A stretch of 64,000 nt of DNA from Eledone cirrhosa (GCA_964016885.1 OZ024740.1:188232001-188296000), one strand, 5' to 3'. Positions 28,187-40,758 are shown, numbered from the stretch's first letter. Notes: generated by a model not told the origin, from the letters alone. Program-made: numbers and translations.

Positions 28187-30518
28187 ATGATCACCTATAG
28201 ATCAGGGGAGCATTCTAGTCAGATAGATTTTATCCTCATCAGAGGACGTGACAGATGGATGGTCGTAAACACAAAAGCCTTCCCTAGTGAGGAATGTACA
28301 TCCCAACATATCTCAGTTGTCAGCGACCTCATGGTCAGAACTAGACGAACCTGGAAACAGAGGCCAACCTGGAGAAGAAAGATCTGGAAGCTGAAAGACC
28401 CCTCAGCCAGTAACAGATTTAAACATATTTTACTCAACGCCTACGACAGTAAAGAAGAACAGATAGAGACATTCAGTGTAGAAGAGCACTGGGAGTTCCT
28501 AAAAAATAACTTACTAGAGGCGCCGGATGAGATCTGTGGCTGGAGTAAGACCACAGGCAGGAGAAGAGTGACTTGGTGGTGGAACAATAAGGTAGATGAG
28601 GCAGTTAAGGCCAAGCGACAGGCATGGAAAAAATGGAACAACGGGGGAAGCAGGGTACATTACATAGAGACCAAGAGGGAAGCTAGGCGACAAGTATACT
28701 TAGCTAGGAGGGAAGCAGAGGATAGAAAATTCAAGCATGTTTTGCAATATGAGGACCAGAAACAGGAGGTGTTCAAGATTGCGAGGCAGTTTGTCATAAA
28801 GAATTGTGATGTCATTGGAGAGAAGTGTATCCAGAATGATAAAGGTGAGCTTGCCCTCACAAGTGCTGAGAAGAAAGATGCATGGAAGAGCTATTATGAT
28901 AGATTACCAAATGATGAGAATACATGGGAAGAAGAGACCCTACCCCAAGTAGACCCTATAGAGGGGCCAGCAGTACAAATCAGCAGCAGCGTAGTAAGTA
29001 AGGCAATCAAAGATATGAAGATGTGGAAGGCAACCAGTCCATCGGGTATAGCTGCCGACATGCTGAAGGCATCTGGGTCTGTAGGTCACACTATAACCAC
29101 ACGTATTGTTAACCAGGTAATGCTAGAAAGTGTCATACCAAAAGATTGGTGCAGTAGCATCATTCTCAACTGCTACAAAGGTAAAGGTGATGCACTAGAT
29201 AGAGGAAACTATAGAGGTATAAAGCTGATGGACCAGGTCATGAAAGTAGCAGAAAGAGTTATAGCACAGTTGATTAGGGACCGGGTGAAACTAGATGAGA
29301 TGCAATTTGGTTTTGTACCAGGAAGAGGCACCACTGATACCCTCTTCCTTGTGAGGCAGTTACAGGAAAAGTACCTAGCTAAAAGTAAGCTACTCTACCT
29401 GGCATTCGTCAATCTCGAGAAAGCCTTTGACAGAGTTCCACGTGATATAATCTGGCGGGCTCTTAGAAAACTAGGAGTAGATGAATGGCTTGTGAAAGCT
29501 GTACAAGCAATGTATAGGGGAGCAGTCAGAAAAGTTAGGATTAGCAATGAGTATAGCGAGGAATTTAGTGTACAGGTCGGTGTCCACCAGGGCTCTGTTC
29601 TTAGCCCTCTCCTGTTCATCATAGTCCTGCAGGCAATAACGGAGGAGTTTAAGACCGGATGCCCATGGGAACTCCTGTATGCAGATGACCTCGCACTTAT
29701 AGCTGAAACTATGTTAGAACTAGAGAAGAAATTCCGAACTTGGAAGCAGGGACTAGAAAGAAAGGGTCTCAAAGTCAACCTGACAAAGACGAAGGTCCTT
29801 GTAAATAGATGAGAAAACAGAACCCAGATCCCCTCAGGGAAATGGCCTTGCTCAGTATGTAGGAAAGGTGTAGGTAGGAACTCCATTCTCTGCCCCAACT
29901 GCAAACAATGGATAAACAAGAAATGTAGCGGGATCTCAGGAAGCTTAATTAAGAATGTAGGCTTCACATAGTAGCAGCTGTGCTGGGACAGCAAGCAGCA
30001 AACAGCCACAGGAAACAAGTACCACCAATCTCTGGGAGGGCTCTGTAGAAACAGTTGACAGTTTCTACTACCTAGGTGACCGAATTAGCAGCGGAGGTGG
30101 TTGTTCAGAAAGTACAATAACTAGGGTAAGAACGGGATGGAAGAAGTTCAGGGAGTTACTGCCAATGCTAGCTGCAAAAGGCTTTTCCCTCAAAATGAAA
30201 GGCAGATTGTATGATGCGTGTATACGAACAGGAATGTTACATGGTAGTGAGACCTGGGTGCAGAAGATGGAAGACTTACATAGATTAGAAAGAATCGAAG
30301 CCTGCATGCTCCAATGGATGTGTAATAGTAATATTTGCGAACGGCAAAGCATAAATGAATTGAGAGAGAGACTGAGCATAAGAAAAATCAAATGCTGTGT
30401 GCAAGAGAGGCGGTTGCGTTGGTATGGACATGTTATGCATATGAAGGATGACAGTTGCATAAAAAGGTGCAGAGCGATAGAAGTCGATGGAAACCGACGG
30501 AGACCAGGGATGAGGTGA
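28187..30518 (+). pseudogene. RTE ORF (endonuclease end, reverse transcriptase, Cys-rich finger, C-terminal domain), disrupted
   Basis: 541-aa ORF with NYRGIKL, QFGF, LEKAFDRV, GVHQGSVLSPLLF, LLYADD; in-frame stop at 29812 and further stops/frameshift downstream. Confidence 0.9.
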
Positions 30519-30932
30519 TAAATGCCAACCTTACACAATTACACCTCTCAAATGCGATGACACATGACGGTGACCTCTGGTGTCATGCAGTAATACAGAG
30601 TACCCGACCTCCCATGGGTACAAGCCAAAGCTGAAGCATATAGACAATATGCCCCCACACCCTCCCACTGCAAATTGGTCGTGGAGGTGCCACGGCAAAA
30701 AAGCACCCAGCCCACACTGTAAAGTGGACGTGTAGGCGCCACGGAAAAAAAGACCAAGCACTCACTGTCAATGAGGTTGGTGTTAGGAAGGGCATCCAGC
30801 TGTAGAAATTAAGCCAAGTTCCTGTATGAGCAAGGCATGGTCAGCCGACCAGTCACTGCCCACAACAGGACAAACTGTCTAACCCATCTTAGCATGGAAG
30901 AACGGACATAAAATGGTGATGATGATGATGAT
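28187..30932 (+). mobile_element. RTE-clade LINE, 5'-truncated
   Basis: APE C-terminus (SQIDFIL), RT domain, C-terminal domain (RRLRWYGHV), 3'UTR ending in (gat)n; TA on both sides. Confidence 0.92.
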
Positions 30933-31019
30933 TATGATATATATATATATATAGGATTGTCCTGTTGTTGGCAGTGTCTGGTCGGCTGACCATGCCTTGC
31001 TCATACAGGAACTGATGAG

Positions 31020-31159
31020 TAAGTGGTACTTTTTTTTATCGACCTCGCAAATATGAAAGGTAAAGTCGGCCTTGGTGGGATTTGAACTCAGGAAGCAGAG
31101 AGCCAGAACAAATACCATAAAACATACTATCCGACACTCTAACAATTCTAGCAATTTGC

Positions 31160-31161
<2 letters not shown>
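31020..31161 (-). mobile_element. tRNA-derived SINE, family A variant
   Basis: Reverse complement of gagttcaaatcccaccaagg..ctttacctttcat..gaggtcgataaaaa..gtacca. Confidence 0.75.
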
Positions 31162-31252
<91 letters not shown>

Positions 31253-31254
<2 letters not shown>

Positions 31255-31626
31255 ATATAAATATTAATAAAATAGATGTTCTTTTGATCAATTACATTTT
31301 ATTATACATATTTCGGATGTACAACAGTACGTCCTCATCAGACAAAATATAATTGTTTCTACGAATATAATGATACATAACATACCCTGAGATGGGTTAA
31401 CATCTCAGGGTATGTCATGTATCATTATATTTTGTCTGATGAGGACGTACTGTTGTACATCCAAAATATGTATGATAAAATGTAATTGATCAAAAGAACA
31501 TCTATTTTATTAATATTTATATTCGAATATTAATAACTCTGGAAAATTATTCATACGTAAAGTGCTTCCAATCTACTGTAAAACTCATTCTTTGATATAC
31601 TCATTGAATTTTGTTTAACTCTTCAA
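31253..31626 (+). mobile_element. TA-inserted fold-back element with mirrored hammerheads
   Basis: Arms 31253-31394/31401-31524, 6-nt loop ggttaa, tail 31525-31626. Confidence 0.85.
31291..31353 (-). ncRNA. Hammerhead ribozyme motif (minimal type I, 12-bp stem I)
   Basis: Minus strand: ATTATATTTTGT-CTGATGA-GGACGTAC-TGTT-GTACATCC-GAA-A-TATGTA-T-A-ATAAAATGTAAT; the plus copy 31424-31486 has GAAA>AAAA. Confidence 0.8.
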
Positions 31627-31640
31627 TATATATATATATA

Positions 31641-32862
31641 CTAGTTTGTAGGAAGGAAAATCTAGTTTGTAGGAAGGAAAATAGGGCACTGGTCCCATCT
31701 GGGAAATGGCCATGCTCAGTGTGTAGGAAAGGAGTAGGCAGAAACTCCATTTTATGTCCCAAATGCAAAGTATGGGTGCATAAAAGATGTAGTGGGATCA
31801 CAGGTAAGCTAACTAAGAATATAGATTTTATACGTAGCCGGTGCTCAGCTGCAATAAGTAGCAGCAAGTGCCCACAGAATACTAGCTCATTCCATTGCAC
31901 AGATGGTTCTATAGAAATAGTGGAAACCTTCCATTACCTGGGTGACAAAATCAGCAGTGGTGGAGGGTGCTCTGTAAAAGCGGTAGCTAGAGTCAGAACG
32001 GGATGGAAAAAGTTCAGAGAGCTTATACCACTATTGGCCGCTAAAGGGTTCTCTCTAAAAATGAAAGGCAGGCTGTATGATGCCTGCATACGAACAGCAA
32101 TGTTACATGGCAGTGCGACTTGGGCATTGTGTGCAGAGGATATACGCAGACTGGAGAGGAACGAAGCTTGCATGCTCCGTTGGATGTGTAATAGTAATAT
32201 ACATGAACGGCAAAGCATAAATGAACTAAGGGAGAAATTAGGAATAAGGGGAATCAGATGTTGTTTACTCGAGAGAAGACTACGTTGGTATGGTCACGTG
32301 ATGCGCCTGAAAGACGACAGCTGTATAAAAAAGTGCAGGGCGATAAAAATTGACAGTAGCCACGGAATAGGCAGACCCAGAAAAACCTGGGACGACTTGA
32401 TAAATTCCAACCTCACACACTTACACCTCTCCAAGACAATGTCACTGGAGTGAGATCTTTGGCGCTACACAGTAATACAATATAATGCCTAAGTACAAAG
32501 CGAAACCTACAGTCAGTAGGCACCTCTAACAAAATAACCCCCGTCCCACTACCCCCACCACCATCCACACCACCCCTTTCGATGTAAAGTTATGTTGATA
32601 CCACATCCAGTCCGAAACAAATGAGGTTGTGTAGGTGTCACAAAAAAAAAACACACGCTGTAATGTGGCCGTGAAGGTAACACGGTAAAAACCTCCCAGT
32701 CCACACTGTAAACATGGTTGGTGTTAGGAAGGGCATCCAGCCGTAGAAAACCCGCCAGACAGTCCTACACAAGCAAGACAACCAATCTTGCCTCAAGTCG
32801 GAAAATTCCCGTCCAAACCCATGCAAGCGTGGAATATGGACGTTAAATGATGATGATGATGA
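31641..32862 (+). mobile_element. RTE-clade LINE, heavily 5'-truncated
   Basis: ORF 31611-32453 with Cys-rich finger and RRLRWYGHV/GRPRKTW; 3'UTR with (gat)n; TA flanks. Confidence 0.9.
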
Positions 32863-32875
32863 TATATATATATAG

Positions 32876-33117
32876 GTATTTGTTCTTGCTCTCTGCTTTC
32901 TGAGTTCAAATCCCACCAAGGCCAACTTTACCTTTCATACTTTCGAGGTCGATAAAAAAACGTACCAGTCAAGTACTGGATCAATTCTTACTCTCTCTGG
33001 AAGAAATCTGCTGTACTCAGACCTGGAAAGGGATGGGCTCTGCCAGGTCTAAAATGCCTAAGAAATGCTGTGTGTTAATATGGCGCCACTATGACCCTAT
33101 CAGGAATTACCAGACCA
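32876..33117 (+). mobile_element. SINE family A variant with extended 3' body
   Basis: B-box and conserved body, plus a downstream segment shared with 60175-60285. Confidence 0.65.
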
Positions 33118-33131
33118 TACACACACACATA

Positions 33132-33174
<43 letters not shown>

Positions 33175-33185
33175 GTGTGTTACTT

Positions 33186-33227
<42 letters not shown>

Positions 33228-35205
33228 GAATGTATATATATATATGTTACTTACACATCTATTTATTTGTATAAATGGCTAACACCTTTTATGTATTCAC
33301 ATTTATTATCACTATTGTATGTTCAATGGATTCAATTGAAGGTGCTTGTCTTTCATTTCAAATGTTTTACACTGATCTACATATTTTATGTTATATTTAT
33401 TTATAATGTAACTAATTATGTTATAATATAGTTATGTAGTACCATATGAAGAATATACTAAACAGAAGAAAAGGCTTGTATGTTATCTTAGTACTAGTTC
33501 TTTGCAGTTTATTTTGAACAGTATACTTTCAGTATCCATTCTGAATTTCTTTAAGCATTCATAGTCACAACAGAATTACGTGATATTGGCATGTGTTAGT
33601 TGCCAAGCCCATTGTCATTAGTGTAGATGTTCCTACTGATCTATAAATTTATGCACCCTCATTCAGGTGTTTAATTTTTTTGTGATTTGTGTATATTGTC
33701 TCTCCGTCTATTTTAGCAATGTGCCATGGAGTATGAGTAATGCTTCCATCATTAATCATAGAATTTGGGGGGGAATTCTATAGAATATAGATGTGTTGGT
33801 TACAAAAGTTTTCCTGTATAATTTTGTTTGGTAATGTGTGGTGTTGCGCATTGCAACCATTTGTTGTACATGCACACTAAGGTGGTTTATAAGTGTTATT
33901 CTTGTATGGACAATATAACAGTTTGCATATTTGTAATCAAATTTCTAAATCTCATTTGTCATTAAGTTTCTTTGCAGGTTTATATGCTTGTGATTTGGTG
34001 TTAGTTTTTTTTAAATATCTGTGCTTTTAATAGTATGTTATGAATGATAATTTATGGTTTGGTATAATGCATTTTGAGTTCAGTGTTATATGGTTTTAGA
34101 TATCATCATCATTGTTTTATGTCTACTTTTCCATGTTTCCATGGATTGATATGTGTTAATTCATTTCATAGTTAGAATGTATTTGGTGTGAATTGTGCAT
34201 TTTTAATAGGTGTGCTATCTGATGTATTTGGCATAGTGTATGTCTTTTCATATTTTTCTTTGCTTAATCTATTTGTCAGAATGTCTGGTGTTGAGTAGCA
34301 TTTGTTATATTTCTTTATTAAGTGTTTTGTTTGTGATGGAGAATCTAAATGCTCTTTAATGTAAGTATTTTACAACTGTTAAAAACCTATGTGAACATTC
34401 ACTCACTCCATGTAAATAAATACCCTGCTACTGTTAACCTTTTCATTGTAAAATATAATTTATACTCCATTGATATGCATTGAGTGCTCAATCAGTTAAT
34501 ATATGGCCTTTTATCCATTAATAAAAATATCCATTAATATATATAAGCATCATCATTGATGTCTGCTTTACATACTAACATGGGATAGGTTGTTATGGTC
34601 TAAAACTGTCCTTATATGGTGTTACTACTCTCCTAGTTGTGTCAAAGAAACCTATCTCATTCATACATCTCAATTTTGAGCATAGTTCCTACAGTTGGAT
34701 GCTCTTCCTAACACCAAATAGGTATGTATTCTCATGGGTATGTATACTACATGACTAAAGAGTCTTCGTTACATTACAAAATGTACTGAGTGCATTATAT
34801 TGTAGTAACAGTATTGTCTTTTTATAACAGAGATTGTCTTTTCCATTGCAAGGCAAATGTGATTAAGAGGGTGATTAGAAAAGGCATGATTACCAGGTGG
34901 TGAAAGAGGAGAGAGTATAGTTTCAATATGAAGCAGGAAACAGATTAATAGCATGGAAGGGGAGAGAGGTAATGCTGGATGCTGGTAGCAGAAAACAGCA
35001 TGATCAGCCTTATAGGATAGCAAAAGGGTGAGTTTTGGAAGACAAGAGAGAATTATGTTTAATATGATATGAGTGGTAAATATAAAAAAGGAGGGAGTGA
35101 AAGAGAGATAGAATGATAGAAATATAGTAAGATCAGATGTTGAGGTAAGAGTTAATGGTGGGAGAGTGGTAGGGTTTAGTAGTAATGGAAGTGATAATAA
35201 TAATT

Positions 35206-35390
35206 GTTTTTACTTTTGGCACAAAGCCAGCAATTATCCCAGTGCATTACTGGTGCTTTATTTCATCGACCCCATAGGGATGAAAGGCAAAGTTAACCTC
35301 GGTGGGATTTGAACTGTGACCGTAAAGGGCCGTAACTCTATGCTGCAAAGTATAGTGTCCAGCTCTCTACCGATACCGCCATTCATGACC
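35206..35390 (-). mobile_element. tRNA-derived SINE, family A
   Basis: Reverse complement of the family A sequence. Confidence 0.8.
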
Positions 35391-36671
35391 CTTAATAACA
35401 ATAATAATAACAATTTCTTTATTAGTCGCCCAGGGCTCCCATCAAGGAAACATTAAATATGGGACAGGACGATACAGCATGTGGCTTTTCCTGTAAAATA
35501 AAATCTATAACAGAACCTAAGAAAATAAACATTTAAAAACAAACATAACAAATTCCCCAAAGATGATGAGACTCCAAAGGTCACTCATGGAGAACTTTCA
35601 CAAAAGCCATGGTCACCTTGTCCGCTAGGACAAAGTGCCCTCTCCCAGTTTTTCTCCATCAATCTACAGGTGTATGCTCAAGGCAGGTTCAGTCACATGG
35701 ACCAGGCTTGCCACTCTCACCTACCTTTCAATAAACTGGCTGGAAGGCAAGGCAGCACTCCCCTCTCCACACTGATTTTCCACTTCATGTGAAACCTATA
35801 ATAATGATTTAGACACAAGGCCAATCAGTTTGAGGGGGGGAGCCGATTAAATCAACCCCAGTGTGTTACTGGTACTTTATTCTATCAACCAATAATGGGT
35901 GAGTGGGGAGGGATTAGATCTGGACATGTGAGAAGCCCTCTCTTATTACTCAGTCATCAAGGTGTAGTGAGTATTATAGCCATGTTATAAAAAAGAGGAA
36001 TCTGAATAAAGCAGCAGGTTGAAACTTAACAAAGTAGGCAAGAGGATCCCAAGGATTATTTTACACTTGAACATTCATTGCCACCTTTCTTCTAGTGATC
36101 ATGTTGCTATGCTTGTACTAGTTTGATGGTCCTTCTCACCCATGGTGTGTTGATTGCTAGTCATTATTGTTGTGTCATTTCCTTCATCAGATTCAAGTTC
36201 TTGGAGTTAATCTTCAGCACATCATCCATTGTCTTCATTTATCTTCCTCTTCCACTGATTTTATCCACAGATTCCAATGCTCTATAGATCTTTATACAGC
36301 TGATATCATCTATATATGTATGTATATACATAGATATACATACTGCTGTTAGGTTGGTGGTTAGGTTTGCAGAGTTTAAGTTGGGAAATATGGATTGTGT
36401 CTGAGGTATAAATTATGGATGATGTCTTGGTTCTAGTATGAACATTTAGTTTGTAATTAGCTTGGTTTTATTGAGTGTATTAGTTATGAGTTTGACACTC
36501 AACGGTCTTATGTCTTGGGTGTTTTGTTTATTGTTGGCTTTGTTTTCAGAGTATATTATTTATATGTAGGGACATTCAGATTTATGTGTTTGATGGACAT
36601 ATTTGGTTATTTACATACATATGGCCCTGCTTCTTGCACATATACATATATGCATATATGTGTATGTGGTA

Positions 36672-36810
36672 ACAGCATGGCCATATGGTTATCTATTTGT
36701 CTTCACAATCATTAAGTGCCAGGTTTGATCCCACTGTGTGGCATCTTGAGAAAGTGTCATTTACTATAGCTTTGGGTCAAATCATGACCTGTAAGTGAAT
36801 TTGGGAAGAC
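36672..36810 (+). mobile_element. tRNA-derived SINE (diverged)
   Basis: gcatggccatatggtta...ggtttgatccca...cttgagaaagtgtc. Confidence 0.45.
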
Positions 36811-36947
36811 AGAATCAATAGATGTTCTTACTTGTACTTGCTTTCTATCATCTGAACAACTTTAAAAGGAGACTCTGTCTTGAAATTAAAAGAATAGTTT
36901 CAGTCAATTGAAGATTTTCCCACTTCTCTCTCTCTATATATATATAT

Positions 36948-38150
36948 CATCATCATCATCATTTTACGTCCGCTTTTCCCTGCTTGCAAGGGTGGGATGG
37001 GTCTTATTCAGCACAGCATCTCTCCACTCGTCACGGTCCTTCGTCATCTCCAGCGTGAGCTTCAATGATCTGAGGTCGGTTCTCACCACCTCTGCCCATG
37101 TTTTTCGTGGTCTACCTCTATCACGTCTCCCTTCAACTGGCATTTCCTGGCACTTCTTCACCCATCGATCATCCTCCATGCGCATCACATGTCCATACCA
37201 CCTCAGTCTCCTCTCCCGTACACTACATTCTATCCCTCTCAGACAGAGTTTCTCTCTCAACACATTTATGCTGGGTCGTTCACGCACATTTACACTGCAC
37301 ATCCAACGGAGCATGCCTTCCTCATTTCTCTCCAGCCGTGGCATATCCTCTGCAGTTGCTGCCAATGTCTCACTACCATGCAGCATCGCGCTCCTAACAC
37401 AGGCATCATACAACCGGCCTTTCATACGCAGGGAGAAACCTTTCTTTGTCAACAGAGGAAGCAGCTCTCTAAACTTCTTCCAACCCGTCCTTATTCTAGA
37501 TACTATGGCCTCGGAACACCCTCCTCCCATGCTAATCTAATCTCCTAGGTACCGGAAGCTATCCACCACTTCTATAGCGCCCTCCTGCATTTGAAAAATG
37601 TGTCTATCAATGCGACTTCTACTGTCTAATTTCCCTGTACATCTACTGCATACATATTTCTCCCTACCTGTTAGTTTGCCTGCTATCCCGCTACATCTCT
37701 TGTGTATCCAGGACCTGCATTGTGTGCATTTTATAGAATTTATCCCAATTCCTTTTCTGCATATCGAACATGGCCATTTCCCTGACGGAATCAGGGTTTT
37801 GGCCTCTTTTCTACTCATCAACACTTTTGTCTTAGCTAGGTTCACTCTCAGTACTCTTACTTCCAACTGCTGTTTCCATAGCCAGAATTTATTCTCTAGC
37901 TCCTCTACTGATTCTGCTATAAGAACCAGATCGTCAGCATAGAGAAGTTCCCATGGGTAGCCAGTCTTAAACTCCTCTGTTATGGCTTGGAGGACTATAA
38001 TGAACAAGAGCGGGCTGGGGACCGAACCCTGATGTACTCCTACTTGTATCTGGAATTCCTCACTAAACTCCATTCCTACCCTGACTTTACTGAGAGTACC
38101 TCTGTACAAAGTTTGCACTGTCGAGAGTACCTCTGTACAAAGTTTGCACT
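36948..38150 (-). mobile_element. RTE-clade LINE, 5'-truncated
   Basis: Minus ORFs 37537-38193 (GVHQGS, LLYADD, Cys finger) and 36964-37530 (RRLRWYGHV, GRPRKTW); (gat)n tail; TA flanks. Confidence 0.92.
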
Positions 38151-38166
38151 TATATATATATATATA

Positions 38167-38253
38167 AGACACAGGTAGACCATTACTCACCAAAGTACTC
38201 GATACTTAGGGAAGTAGATTGGGTAATCTAGCTGTTGAAATGGTCGGAGCTCA
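38167..38253. mobile_element. Deleted relative of the 14017-14220 fold-back family
   Basis: agtactcgatacttagggaagtagattgggtaat joined to ctagctgttgaaatggtcggagctca. Confidence 0.6.
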
Positions 38254-38277
38254 TTTATGTTTATTATACATAAATAT

Positions 38278-38435
38278 AGAGTTGGACGCCATGCTTTCTA
38301 GCATAGTTACGTCCCTTTACGGTTTGAGTTCAAATCCCGTTGAGGTTAACTCTGCCTTTCATCCTTACGGGGTCGATAAAATAAAGTACCAGTAATGTAC
38401 CAGGTAATTTCTGGCCTTGTGCCTAAAGTAGAAAC
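38278..38435 (+). mobile_element. tRNA-derived SINE, family A (5'-truncated)
   Basis: Matches 7335-7492. Confidence 0.8.
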
Positions 38436-38901
38436 AATTCTGCATAAATATATTGTATCTATATATGCCACTGTTATGAATCACACTGTGCTAATGCTTT
38501 TACTAATTAATACTAACCCATCAAGCTTGCAGAATGTGCAAATAAACCATCATCAAAAATAATTTACATTCAAAATCTATCTATAAGTTAACATCTGTGC
38601 CCCAGTACTGTAATAAGCATTGCTAAAGATGGATGAAAGGTCTTAAAATGCATGTGTATAGGATTCTTTCATGGTTACTTAGGTGGTTGCTATATGATCA
38701 CCTCTTAAAATATAGTGAGATTATATAATATTTATTATACAATAACGTATTGTATACGGTTCCTTGTGTGCCTATATTCTGAATCAAGCTCTGTTATTAC
38801 TATTGCTGCATAATACTAGCCAATGAAGCCAGTACTATATGCATATAGGCCTTCATCAAATATGATATCTTTACAAAGTCTATATATAATATGCTGATAC
38901 A

Positions 38902-38933
<32 letters not shown>

Positions 38934-38941
<8 letters not shown>

Positions 38942-39350
38942 TAAGAGGAATTCCAACTTTGTCTGATTTACTCGTTTTATTTACAATTCTTTAAAATTTT
39001 TAATGGTATTATAATGAACTAGTATGATAGAATATTAAATTCTAAGTGTTAATTGAACAAGTACTTTCATGCTTTCGCAATCTTCAGGTTCATAATATGT
39101 AGTGACAGTCAAGTTTGCAATTTTCAACTGTGAAAATTGCAAACTTGACTGTCACCACATATTATGAACCTGAAGATTGCGAAAGCATGAAAGTACTTGT
39201 TCAATTAACACTTAGAATTTAATATTCTATCATGCTATTTCATTATAATACCATTATAAATGTTAAAGGATTGTAAATAAAATGAGTAAATCAGACAAAG
39301 TTGGAATTCCTCTTATTAATATAATCTTCTATACACACCCGTGTATATTT
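38934..39350 (+). mobile_element. TA-inserted ~390-bp hairpin element with mirrored hammerheads
   Basis: Arms 38934-39126/39131-39323, 4-nt loop actg, short tail. Confidence 0.88.
39165..39203 (+). ncRNA. Hammerhead ribozyme motif (minimal type I)
   Basis: TGAAC-CTGAAGA-T-TGC-GAAA-GCA-T-GAA-AGTACT-T-GTTCA; identical mirror on the minus strand 39054-39092. Confidence 0.75.
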
Positions 39351-40727
39351 ACCTATCTCTCTCTCTCTATATATATATATATGCACACACACAAATATAC
39401 ATGCACATACATACATTTATATATTATGTATTTGTGCATACTCACTTACACACACACATATGGAGATTATATTTTTGGAAGGTCCCGCTGGAATATCAAT
39501 GTGTCTTCAGATTAGAGAATACTAGATTTGATGTTTATTGCATGTCTGTTACAGGGTAAACATATTGAACAGAATGTTGATCTCTATCAGGTTTGATTTA
39601 TCTTTCAAGGGCTCTTGATGACCTTAATAAGCGGGCATTTCCACACTGGTACAAAAGCAAGGAGACATTTCAATGCTAAACTATCATCTCTAATGAATGC
39701 CGAGTGAAACAACGAAACATTCCTTTTCAATTTTTACCTATTTTCCTGTTTCTCTCAGAATTGTGACCTGTGATTGAAATACTAGTACATATCTTAAACA
39801 TGGAACTGGCAGGTTTTTTTATATTGCTTCAATGCAAAGTCAAAAATATTTGCTACAATAGTTAGAGATCTACATAATGCTGTACACTGTGTCCTGTTTG
39901 ATATTCCAGAAAGTGATCTGCAGAATAGGGATACAGTTTTGGGGGTGCCATCACTGCAAAAGTCACTCACAATAAGTTTAACTAAAGCAAAAGTGATCTT
40001 TCCTTTTGTCTCTGGCAATCCTTATTATAAGCCATCAATAGGAGTGCAATAAGTTGAGGCTCTAAGTATATAAATGATAGTTTCAGTTGTATATTCAACC
40101 CATCCTTATAGATAGCTTGTGAGATGGCAGCAGTCATCCTCTCACTGAAATGCAGTAACTTTAGATAGCATATGCTATCTCTAAGGCCCTCCTTGTTCTC
40201 TTTGGTACTGCCTTAGCATGTCGATGTTTGGTGAGAGAAGTTGGGAATCTATTTTTGGTGAAAACTATTTGGAATTATTTTTTGCTGCTGTATTTGTTGC
40301 TACCAATCTTTAGTGATTGTTTGAACATACAACTGGCATGCTTAGGTACTTTCCTGAGGACACTACTCAGCAAACCTGCATATAACTATATATGCACATT
40401 TCCAAACTGTCCCAGCAAAAATTGGAAGTGTACATGGAACATATGTGATCCAGATGGTCATATGAGGATGACGTGGCTCCTCATATATTGCAAGTACTGC
40501 CCAGATGTTTCACATACACATCAAAGCAACATGGTAATGGTCTCTTAGAAAAAGATGCATTGTTTTTTCTTCATGTTATTTGAAAAGAAAGTATTTATCT
40601 TGAAATATGAGGAAACATATTAAAAGAAAAATTATTTATTTTGTTTGGTTTGTCATTCTTTACCCCTATACCACCTTTATATATTTATATTCACCTTGTA
40701 TCAGCTTTCTGAACTTCTTATTACTTT

Positions 40728-40758
<31 letters not shown>

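Noticed and set aside
29395-30538. Antisense ORFs over RTE copies (also 36908-37540)
   Set aside because: Shadow ORFs of the LINE coding strand
31010-31030. CTGATGAG motif
   Set aside because: Chance junction between an RTE-UTR piece and a SINE; no downstream core
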